Shown: piece after piece, positions 40,768 to 50,809 of the stretch
Numbering within the stretch: the stretch's first letter is position 1
Layout: each line of letters opens with the position of its first letter
From: Geosiphon pyriformis uo1
Lineage: Eukaryota; Fungi; Glomeromycota
Assembly: GCA_016748015.1 (NCBI GenBank)
Contig: JAAOMT010000479.1
Location: 120,332 to 184,331 of the forward strand
DNA: 64,000 bases
Reading direction: 5' to 3'
Position numbers and translations under genes: made by a program
The notes under the pieces: generated by a model
Seen by the model: the letters and a program-made list of their open reading frames with translations, nothing else
What the model was told of the DNA's origin: nothing
Databases searched by the model: none

Positions 40768-41663
40768 TGTTACAGATGACAATTTTTGGTATTGAATTAA
40801 ATACGAACCTATAACTTGATGCTCAAAGCTATTCTTGTTGTCAATGATCTGAAGATTTGGTATCTGAAGGTTTTGTATCTGAAGGGTTTGGTTGAGTTTT
40901 TTGTATAATAAACAGAGATTCAATGGTAATAGATTTTTTCATAGCTTCTCAAAACCGCAGTTTTGTCAATTTTTTTCTTAGCTTGATGGCTGGTATTCCT
41001 CCTAATAAGCTATCTTCAATCAAGTATTTTATTCTTATTTCTGAATTTTTTACCAATCATGTTTATCCTAACATCAGTGCCCCATGTGTTAATCTTCAAT
41101 AGAGTTAGTATACAACAATAAAATCAAAGCAAGAAAATAAAGAAAAAAAAATAAAATAAAGAAAAAAAAAAAATAAGACAAGACGATTTGCAAGTTAGTA
41201 TTTCGTTAATAGCCATGATCAAGAGCTATTTTTCCAGTGTGGTTAAGTATCAATTATTATCAACATGAAGTGTTGATAGTAGAAATGGGTTTGAGATAAC
41301 AAAATAGTTATTTATTAGATGATTATAATTTGGAAAGTGGCTTAGATTAAATTTAAAACTAAGAGATCTGTCTTTTCAGCTTCTAATCCTGCTGCTATAT
41401 ATACATAATTGAGATTCCTCAATTCCTTGATTCTTTACAACAGGAATCTTAGAATTTCTGGAAGCCTGCAATTCCTGGAATCTTGCAATTCCTTTGAAAA
41501 GAATCCTGGAATTTTAGAATTCTGCAATTCTTTGTCAGGGAATTCTGAAATTCTTGGAATTCTGCAATTCCTGAGAGGAATCCTGGAATTCCATATTTAC
41601 TACATCTACTTTTGATTGGCTAATAATCATGCTAATATATTTCCTATATTTCTATAAGTAGCA
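40768..41663 (-). repeat. 5' LTR of copy D
   Basis: TGTTACA...GTAGCA; U3 GGAATTCC/CTGCAATTCC repeats 41410-41595, TATA ~41396-41403, AATAAA ~41310, hairpin module 41194-41280. Confidence 0.95.
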
Positions 41664-42455
41664 TTATGGTTTCAATTTCCGAGTTTTCTGTGATCAGATT
41701 CTGGTAAGTAAATTCTTAATCTTCAGATTCTTCTTTCTCTTCTTCTTCTTGTTCTTCTTCTAAATCTGTTACTTCCCAGAGACTTGCAGTTCCAAAATCT
41801 GGTTGAAATAGTGGAGATCAAAGTCCTGATGGCATTGGTGATCACGACTTAAATTCTTTGAAATATGCGCCATATGGTCCTAAAAGATCTTCTTTTTTTT
41901 ATTTACTTTGAAATGGAAATCGTCTAAAGGTTGATGTCACATGTAATGTGGACGCGTCTGTTGATGTAATATTGATGGCGCTTCTGGGTGTATAGTGGTA
42001 TGATGGTTTTGTTGGTGATTCGACTCTAGTTTTCTTTAAGTAGGTGGTTGTATCCTTTGAAGTGTTACTGCTAGTGTTTAATTTTTCTTTGCCTTTGTTT
42101 GCATAGGTAATTGGATATTTTTGTTGAGTGTGAATTTCAATTTCTTTATTGATTTCAGTGAGGATTGCTGTGAAATTGTAATTTGTTGATAGACTGGTAT
42201 TCTGGATTAATTTGTTGTAGAAGTTTCCTCTAGCTGAATCGGTTTCTACTGATACTCCTAGTAAATATGAGATTTTCTTGTTGCGTAAAAATTGAAAGCT
42301 AATTTTGTTGATAAATGGTTGTTGGTTAATCCTAAATGTTGACAGTAGTGTTGGAATAAGGATTTCGCAAATTCTAAATAGTTTGTCCCTGTTTTTTTAG
42401 ATTCTGCCACTGTTTAAATAGGTGTTGTTGGTACTGATTTTCTGTAGGATTATAC

Positions 42456-42471
42456 TTCACAAAAAGCACCA
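42456..42471 (-). promoter_or_regulatory. Primer-binding site of copy C
   Basis: TGGTGCTTTTTGTGAA, two transitions away from the PBS of D. Confidence 0.85.
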
Positions 42472-42473
42472 AA

Positions 42474-43338
42474 TATTACAGATGATTATTTGGGGTCTCA
42501 AGTTAAATAACAAATCCGTAATATAGTGCTTGGTTGATATTTTGGTATTGATATCTGAAGGTTTTGTTATTGAGTTTTTTGTATAATAGACAGAGAGTGA
42601 ATTGATGGTTTTATCTGTAGCTTCCCAAAACCACAGTTTTATCAAATATTTTTCTCAGCCTAGTGGCTGGTAATCCTCCTAGTAAGCTATCCTCAAGTCT
42701 ATGAGTGTTCTATCCTTGTTTCATAGGTCTTTTATCAGTCACTATGATGTCTATATCTCAGCACTTTTAATCCTCAATCAATTAGTATACAACAATAAAA
42801 ATCAAAAAAAGAAAAGAAAATAAAATAAAATAAAATAAAAAAAGGAGCCAAGACAATGCACAAGTTAATATTCCATCAATAACTGTGATCAAGAGCTATT
42901 GTTACTGTGGGTTTAAGTATCAATTACTATCAACATGAAGTGTTGATAATGAAGAGTAGATTTGAGATAGTGAATAATTATTTATTAATATTTGTGATGT
43001 AAAAGGTTTTTAACTGATGGATTCTGCTTTTTCTACTTCTAACACTACTGCTATATATACATAATTGATGTTTTACGAGATTGCTCACATTTCTGAGTGA
43101 TGTGTTATGATTTCTTGAGTAATGCTCACATTGCTGAGCAATATGCTCTAATTTTCTAACATCACTCCACATTGCTGAGTGATGTGCTGTGTTTTTTGAC
43201 ATTGCTCCACATTGCTGAGCAATGTGCCATGATTTCTGACATTGCTCTATATTGCTGAGCAATGTGCTTATGTGTTAACTACTACTCACTTATTGGTCTA
43301 CTATTTTCTATATCTGTTTTTTCTTTTTATAAGTAACA
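42474..43338 (-). repeat. 5' LTR of copy C
   Basis: TATTACA...GTAACA followed by TSD GTGA; collinear with 23548-24368. Confidence 0.95.
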
Positions 43339-43876
43339 GTGAAGCAAGTAGTGTGAGTGGTCTGTTGGACTTGAAAAACATGAAAAATACTGTCACTAAA
43401 GAAACTAGTTACGCTGACTCAGACAATTCTGTGGTCAATAACATGAAGGACAATATCACGCCCAGGAAAATGCACACTTGCATATATGTGTTAAGTTAAC
43501 CTCTGAAAGCTTTTTTGTTTGACGTTTTAAGTGGTAATAAGAATATGGTAGCTTTTCTACCTCCTAAATTCAAAAATTCTAATCAGCTGCTGAGTATTAA
43601 GTCATGTGTTTCAGAAAAAAAAAACTTTGAGCCAGTCAAATCTTTTGTATTGGATATTGAGCTATCTGCTGTGCCTGGAAAAACAAACAGTGATAAGTTA
43701 ATTGCAATCAAAAAATTTTTTTATTAAGTAGATGGTTTTGGGGGAGCTTCTACTCCTTCAAAATTCCCAGGAATCATCAGATCCTTCTTTATTTCTGAGT
43801 TGAGTCTTAACAAGGCTAAAAAATTGACAGTTTGTGAGAAAATTTTAATAAATAATGATGTTAGAAAGTTGAACAT

Positions 43877-44811
43877 TGTTACCAGTAAAATTTTAGCTAT
43901 TAATTAGCATATATTATTATTTTGATTATCACTTATTATTTAATCAAATTATTAAATATCATTACTTAATCAATAATTTGATTTGTACTCTAGAAATTAA
44001 GATAATCAAATTACACAATACCTTAAATCTTTTAACATAGTCAAAATTTGCCGAAATTAATAAAAATTTGCCGAAATAATCAATAGTTCAGTGAAATAAC
44101 TTGTAAATTTGCCAAAATGTATCTTTAGTTCACCTAAATTGTAGCAAAAAGAAAAGTACAAGTTCAAAGACTAGTACTACAACAAGTTGTATAAAAAAAG
44201 AGCTTTTCTCCTCAAGAAAATGTATTTTCTCATATCTTACTATAGTATCTTACTTTAGATATCTTAATTAAAACAAATCACTTTTTTACACATCTCAAAA
44301 TAAAAATTAAATATTCGAAAACCAAATTTTTTGATTATTACACTTGAAATTTCCTCAACACAAACTAACATTTTGAAATTGATTAGCTACCAATTTCAGT
44401 AATTTGTTAATAACTTCAGGCTTGGATAGAAAACGTTTCCCTTAATAAAATTCTATTTCTTTTATATTTCTTTTATTTTTTTATTTTTTTCTTATTACAA
44501 TCATTGAGGTAGCCTACAGACGAGATTCCTGTTAAAGAGTTGACTTTTACAGCAAAGTAACTACACATTTTTTAGTGAGCTTCCAAACAAGCAATTCCTG
44601 GGAAAGAGTTGACATTTACTACAACGTAACTACATAAAGTAACTGGCAAGGAATTGGCCATTCCACTTATAAGTCCAGCAGTTCAAATTATAGAAGATAA
44701 TTTGAAGATAAATTCAGTTACTGGAGATTCAACTACTTTCTGGAAATGTAAATTTACAGCAAATTAACATTAACAACATTCAAGAAAAGAAACCAAAAAC
44801 CTCCAGTAACA
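43877..44811 (+). mobile_element. Solo LTR H (family 2) inserted in LINE ORF1
   Basis: TGTTACCAG...CCAGTAACA; flanks ACAT/GTGT, both derivable from GCGT by transitions; ORF1 frame is restored on removal; homologous to 22291-23092. Confidence 0.9.
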
Positions 44812-45988
44812 GTGTTCATTCAAATCAGAAAATAATTGTCAAGAAAATTCCAGTAGATCTTCTTAGATCAGCAGTTGAGTCAGTTTTTACTAAGTTTGGT
44901 AAGATTGTGTCAATCAAGATGCAATTGATTGGTTTGTGGCAAAAAGCTTTGGTTGAGTTTAAGTCATCAAAGGTGGCTAGTTTGGTTGCTTCTAAATGGT
45001 CAGTTCTCATGAGAAAGGATTCTGTGTAGATGGCATTGGCTGTTAAAGATAAACAATCTTGGGTATTTAGAGATCAGCATAAGGCCTTGCTCTATACTTT
45101 ACCAGTTGGCACTACTGTTCATGATTTGTCTGGTTTACTTGATTCATATGGTGAAAAGACCTGTTTGATTGGTTGCAATCCTAGTTCTTATGTTTGTGAC
45201 AGATGTGCTGTGGTTTGTTTGGCTGATGAGGAATCAAAGTTGGCTGTAATTGGTTCTATTCCGGTTTTTAAGAGTGTGAATTTGCGATGAACTGGTCTTT
45301 CTCTGGCTTGCTGTGCCAAATGCAAACAAATTGGTTACATCTTTGATGCATGTTTGTCTGGTGAGATTTCTGGAATTCGTGGAAAGTGGATGGTGACTGA
45401 CCAGGATCAGGTTTGTCTGGCTAGTATCTATAAGAAAAAACATGCTTCTATTGCCCATTCAGTTTTTTTTGGTGATAGAACTTGGGCTCAGGTAGCTGGT
45501 AGTTTATCTTCTCATGTGGCTTCTTCAGTTTTTTTTGGTACTAGTCTGTTCCTTGTTGCTGAGATCTCCCTATTTGCTTCTGCTTTGTCTGGCAATTGTG
45601 ACATATATAGTTGCTTGGCTTTTTTGGAACGCTTTCTAGAACTTTTGGCTGATCAGGTTTCTGGTATTTTGGAGAAATTGGGTTCCATAAATTTAGTGCT
45701 TTTGGCAAATACATCTGATGCTTATTCTCTGGCAGTTCCAGTGTTTGTGGTTTCAGGTTTGGATTTAAATATGGTATTGAATGATGCTTTAGCAATTCCC
45801 AACTCCTCTACTCCTGTCATTAGTAATACAGCTCTCATTATAAGTCCAAGTAGTTCTAAAGTTTTGACTACCAAAATTGGTGGTTTAGAATCCAAGATGG
45901 TGGCTTTGGAGATTTTGGTTGAATCTGTTTTGGAAAAATTGAATTGTTTGTGCTTAGGTTTGGGTTTGTTGGCTGCCTTTATTTCTCA

Positions 45989-48900
45989 ATAAGTGTTTTG
46001 GTTTAGAAGATTGCCATGTGCAATGTAAGAGGCATGAACAATTCTATGAAACAGGAAGATATAATTCATTGGCATAAGGAGACAAACAATTTTATTTTTA
46101 TTGTTACTGAGACCAAATTAAAAGGTAAAATTTGCCCATGAATTATAAATAAGTTTGATGGTATCTGGGTGTTTACTTCTGGTTTGAATTCTGGTCATGT
46201 GGGCTCTGGCGTTGTGATTGTTATGGACATTTCTTTAGCAAAACATGTGTGCAAAGTTTCTGAGATGCCTGGTGGGTTACTGTCTATTAAGTTGCTTTTC
46301 AAGAATAAACTTTCTGTGTCTATTTTGGGATTATATGCTGGTGCTTCTTCAACAGTTCAGTTCTCTCAGGCTGATAAAGTCAACTTTCTCATTGCTAAGG
46401 CTGTTAATAAATCTTTTTTTGTTGTTTTGGATGGTAATTTCAATGAGAATGGTTTACATAAAAGTGTGAGTTTTAAAAGATGTCTAGACTTGGGGCTGGT
46501 TAACTCTTTGTCAGGTAGCCCAGTAGTGAAAAGTTCTACATGGAAAAATTCGAAAGGTGTGAAAAAAACAATTGATTTTGTGCTAGTTTCATTTAATTTG
46601 GTTAATGCAGTAGTAGATCACAATGTTGTGGATGTGAGCAAACATTTCAACACTAATCATTGGGCAGTTTCTGTTTCTGTAAGCCTGGGTGGTCTGCTGG
46701 ATACTTAGTTAAACTTTCTTCATAGTCAGGCTAATAGAGATTGTTGGAAGTTTGATTTTAGGGGTGCTGATGACATTAAATAGAAAAGTTTTAAAGATGC
46801 CACTTCAGTCAATGCTGATATGTTTGCCAATGAGTTTGAAGCTGCTGTACAACTCTCAAATTTGGATATTATGTAGAATGTTTTGTGCAAAATAATGACT
46901 CTTTCAGCTAATGAGATATTTAGGAAGAAATGGTTCAAAGATTTTGATGGAGTTTTCATCAGAGATTCTTTGAGATTTCATAAGCTAGAGTTGCTAGTGT
47001 CTAAGCTGGTTAAGGCTTTTCACTTAGTCTCTAATGTGGAATTTGCTTCATTGTTGGATATGTGGTGTGGGATTGATACTGATAGTGCAGCAGTAATAAA
47101 GTCTTTATTTCTTTTAGGTTCCAATTTTGACACGATTTGCTTGGCTCTGATTAAGGTGAGGAAATCTTACCACTTTTCTAAGTTGCTGGAATTCAGGCAT
47201 GCTGAAAAAGTGTGTATCAAGGCAGCTATTAATAAGAAAATAGAGAGCTTTGAATCAGACAAGGATTATACCATTAGGAGTGTTTTGGAGTGCTCCTTTT
47301 ACAAGGTGGTACTGGATTATCTGGTAGTAGGTAACGAATTGGTATTGGAGCCAATCCTAGTTAAATCTAGAGTGGATAGGATCATGAAAGGTTGAACCAA
47401 GAAGTGCAGAGTAATGCCTGACATTTCAGATAAATGGTCCTGCCAATACCGGCCTTTGGAGTATGTTTTCAATGATGCTTTTTCTAGTGTGATGTGTCCT
47501 GTTGGTATTGATAAATTGCTTGGTGTGGTTTCTAATCTTTCTGAGAATAAAGCTGCTGGTCTCTCTGGGATTTCGAATGAACTCTGGAAACATTGCAATA
47601 AATCAGTTTTGGATATGCTTTTGGTGCTTTTGAATTCTTGTTTGATCTGCGAATCAGTATCCAGTGCTTGGAAGGAAGCTTGGGTTTTGATAATTCCTAA
47701 GTCATATGAGTAGGATAGAGTTCTCACAAACATCCAACCTATTGTTTTGATTGAAACTGCCTGCAAGATTCTTTTTAAAATTCTCTTAAATAGAATCTTG
47801 TCAGCATGTAGTATTTTTGATGTTTTGCGTGGGGACAATTTTTCAGTCCTAAGGGGTACGACAATGCAGTCACCCATTTTTGCCATTGGTTCAGTGGTTG
47901 AAGATGCTTTGGAGAAGGGTTATAAACTCTGGTTGGTCTTGCAGGACATGTGGAAGGCTTATGATTCTGTTGGGTGAGAGCATCTTTGAAACAGTTTGGT
48001 TAGGATAAAGATGTGTAGCAAGTTCATTAGGTTTTTTGGTGGTATTTATAATGATTGCATTAATAGAATTATAACAGATTTTGGTTTGACAAATGAATAC
48101 AGAATGCACGATGACTTGGACTAAGGGAAAGTGTTCTTGCCACTTCTTTGGCACATATTTTATGATCTTCTTCTGTATGAGGTCAAAAGACAGGCAGATG
48201 GGTGTGGATATAGGTTGAATTTTTACTTTATTTCTGAATGTGGTCGTGCCAAATTTTGGGCTGGTCTCTCCTCTTTTTTTGCTGTAAGTGCCTTTGTTGA
48301 TGATACTATATGGATTGGCAGCAGTCAAAGTGCTACACAGTATATTCTCAATATTGCTAGTGAATTTTTTGATATCAATAATATTTCAATTAATAATAAT
48401 AAGACTGTGGCCATTCTCATCAATTGCAAGGTTGCAGATTCTTTTCTGTTAATCAGTGAGTTATCTATTTTTATTGCCAAGAAAGAGGAATTGCATTACT
48501 ATTTAGAGATCTATCTGTCAACTGAGGGTTTTTTCAAACCTAGCCTGGCCAAAGAACATTCTGATGTCCGGTTTTTTGCTAATCTGGTCCTCAAAAAGAC
48601 AGTATCTGATAAGCAGTTTTTGTATTTGGTTTCAGCAGTCCTCTTTCCTATCATTGGTTATAGAACACAATTCAGTTATGTTCTTGTCAGTGCTTATAAG
48701 AAGTAGGACACTTTAATTCATAAGAGCTTGAAATCTAAATCTGGCCTGCTGCATGACTTCCCTAATAATACAATTCATTATTTTTCTCTGTATGGTTTGA
48801 AAACTTTTGAACAGATTCAGGCCGAGAATAACTCAGCTTCAGTCATTTCTTTCACAAACTCTATTGGTATTTTGGGTCATCTATTTTCTTACCAGTCACA

Positions 48901-50676
48901 TGATTTTCAGGTCCTCTGCTGGCATCCACTTCACTCTTTGCAGTATTCAGTTCATGTCAAGATCAACTTTCTGAATAATTTTCTGGTTGGTATGATGTGT
49001 ATTTTCTCTGGAAGTAATTTGTCCTTGGGTGGCTCTCTAACCAATGCTTTTCATCATCAAAGTAGAACTTCTATGTCTTGTGTTCTTGGTGAATCAATCT
49101 ATTTTAAGTGTGTCTCTTTATTTCATCATTATGAGATTGTTTTTGTGAACCAGCTGCTTGACCAAAGTGGGGCTATTTTTGATTGGAAAATCTTCAAGCA
49201 GTAAAAGCAATTGGACTTGCGTGGTCCAGTTCTTGCCTGGTTTGAGCTTTCTGTTTGGTTTCTTAGTAGTGCATCTTTTCTTTCTGTCTATTTCTTATCT
49301 TTGGATGATGATGGCTCTTCAAATATTCTTCATTCTTATGGGTTTAGTACTATTAGTGCCAATTTGTTGTGTTCTGATATTGGTCATTTTTCTGTCTATA
49401 TGGATAGATTTTTGAGTGGCTTGGAGTCTGTTAATATAAAAGCTGGGACTGCTGTTTTTTTTGAGGACATTGGTATGAGTTTGGGTGTGAGAATTTCTGG
49501 TTTGATGTCTTCTATCTTGACAGAGTTGCAGGCCATTGTTCTAGCTTTCGAGTGTGTCTCTTTTTTTTGCTCAATCGACTTGTTCTTGGACAGTCAAGTG
49601 GCTTTGAATGCTTGCAAGTTGGAATTGGATTTGGTTTGCCCAGATTTTAGAAATTGGTGTTGGATTGAACATCGCCACATTGTGAATGTTATTCGTCATA
49701 AGAATTTGAATATTAATTGGTATAAGGTCAAAAATTATTCAGGTGTTTTAGGCAATAAGCATGTGGATGAGTTGGCCAGAGCTGCGGCTCTTTCTAGCTG
49801 GAATCTGTCTCATTTTATCAATGAACACTATTTTAGGATTGATGGTGCTGCCATTTCTGGTAATTTTAGGCATTTTGTTGATAATGTTTTTCAGTCAGTC
49901 TATTGTACATATTGGGAAATTGGTTCTGGTTCATGGATGGTGGTGGATAGTTTGTGTGCAGATATTGATTGGTTCAGATTATCACTGGTATGGCACCCAG
50001 ACTCTCACATGGCTGCTGGCTTTACTAGCAAGCGGACTGCTGGTTTCTAGACATATTTTATGAAGGCATTGTATCTTCAGCTCTCTGTTGCCATGCAAAA
50101 ATGGCTTTATAATAAGAGTTACCTTAGTGTGATGTGTTTGTTTTGTGGTAATATTAAAGTTTTGAACCATGCTTTTTCTTGTTTGTTTGATGCCAATGTT
50201 CGTGCTTGTTTGTTGGACTCTTATGCTTTAGCTTGGGGAGTGCAATCTGGTCTGAGTCATTCTTTCTCAGTTGTTTTGCAGCTGTTGTCTACTTGTTCAT
50301 CTAATGTTTGGTCAGCACTGCTCTGTGCAAGGGTTTTGTTTTCAAGGATTGGTTTCGTGAGTCTGTCTCTGTTTTCAAGAATTCCAGAGTGGTGAGTCAA
50401 ACCATTGTGGCCTTTGTACATGAGTTTAGTCATGCTTTTTGGAAAGACATTTGGTTGGTTTGTGCCAAGCACTATGCTTTTATGGAAAAAAATGGGCTTA
50501 TTCTATGTAATAGATCTGTTTCTATCTCGATTTCTGGGCTTCTTTCAGTGCTGTCGGTGAGTGTGATTGAATTGCTGGGTGTTGCTAAGACAAGTGGTAT
50601 TGGTTTCAGTTTTCGTAAGTCTTGTTTGTTTTTTTCAGACATAGGTAATGAAATTTCTGTTCATATAGGTATATAG
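45989..50676 (+). pseudogene. LINE ORF2: APE endonuclease, reverse transcriptase, RNase H, CCHC-like C-terminus
   Basis: APE: CNVRG, VTETKL, GNFNE, TW..IDFVL, TNH; RT: PIVLIETACKI, QDMWKAYDSV, AFVDDTIW; RNase H: VYMDR, TELQAI, LDSQ, WYKVKNYSG..GNKHVDELAR; CLFCG..NHAFSC; one frame until ~50310. Confidence 0.95.
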
Positions 50677-50809
50677 TATTGTTCTGATTGGTCCAAGTGG
50701 CTAGTTACATGTAGAAAGAGCATGATTCACACCTAGTTTAGATTATTTTGTATAATGTATTATACTAAATAGTGTTTGGACTTCACTCATTAAATGAAAA
50801 AAAAAAAAA

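Larger units (their letters stand above)
31943..41663 (-). mobile_element. Ty3/Gypsy copy D (family 1), youngest copy, nested in the gag N-terminal region of C
   Basis: 3' LTR 31943-32402, 5' LTR 40768-41663, PBS 40750-40765, PPT AAAAGGAGGGAATAA 32403-32417; C reading EIET|PNFQTQQ is restored by removing the element plus 4 bp. Confidence 0.96.
23548..43338 (-). mobile_element. Ty3/Gypsy copy C (family 1), full length with both LTRs, inserted in LINE ORF1 and carrying nested copy D
   Basis: 3' LTR 23548-24368, 5' LTR 42474-43338, perfect TSD GTGA (23544-23547 and 43339-43342), PBS 42456-42471, PPT 24369-24384. Confidence 0.97.
23297..45992 (+). pseudogene. LINE ORF1 in three pieces (23297-23547, 43343-43876, 44816-45992)
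   Basis: ...WGSKMES|EASSVSGLLD rejoins across the GTGA TSD; RRM-like segment KIPVDLLRSAVESVFTKFGKIVSIKMQ; zinc knuckle CAKCKQIGYIFDAC ~45313-45352. Confidence 0.88.
23176..50809 (+). mobile_element. Full-length LINE (non-LTR retrotransposon, ~6.9 kb net) interrupted by copy C (23548-43338) and solo LTR H (43877-44811)
   Basis: 5' UTR from 23176, ORF1 ATG 23297, ORF2 with APE-RT-RNase H-CCHC, poly(A) 50797-50809; TSD AATTGGTT(TT)AAATTT at 23162-23175 and 50808-50823. Confidence 0.93.

Noticed and set aside
41194-41280. Hammerhead or other known ribozyme in the LTR
   Set aside because: CTGATA and GAAA-like words occur, but there is no CUGANGA-stem-GAAA-stem-UH arrangement; I could not fit twister, pistol, HDV or hairpin cores by eye
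43075-43270. Palindromic repeats resembling a CRISPR array (also 24160-24300 and 41410-41595)
   Set aside because: No unique spacers or cas genes; these are U3 tandem arrays duplicated in paired LTRs
44537-44631. Iron-responsive element
   Set aside because: Topology is similar, but the bulge is G and the loop is not CAGUGN
45989-50676. Alternative genetic code (TGA=Trp) suggesting mitochondrial or mollicute DNA
   Set aside because: Trp positions appear as TAG and TAA as well as TGA, and Gln/Arg codons also become stops; this is transition damage
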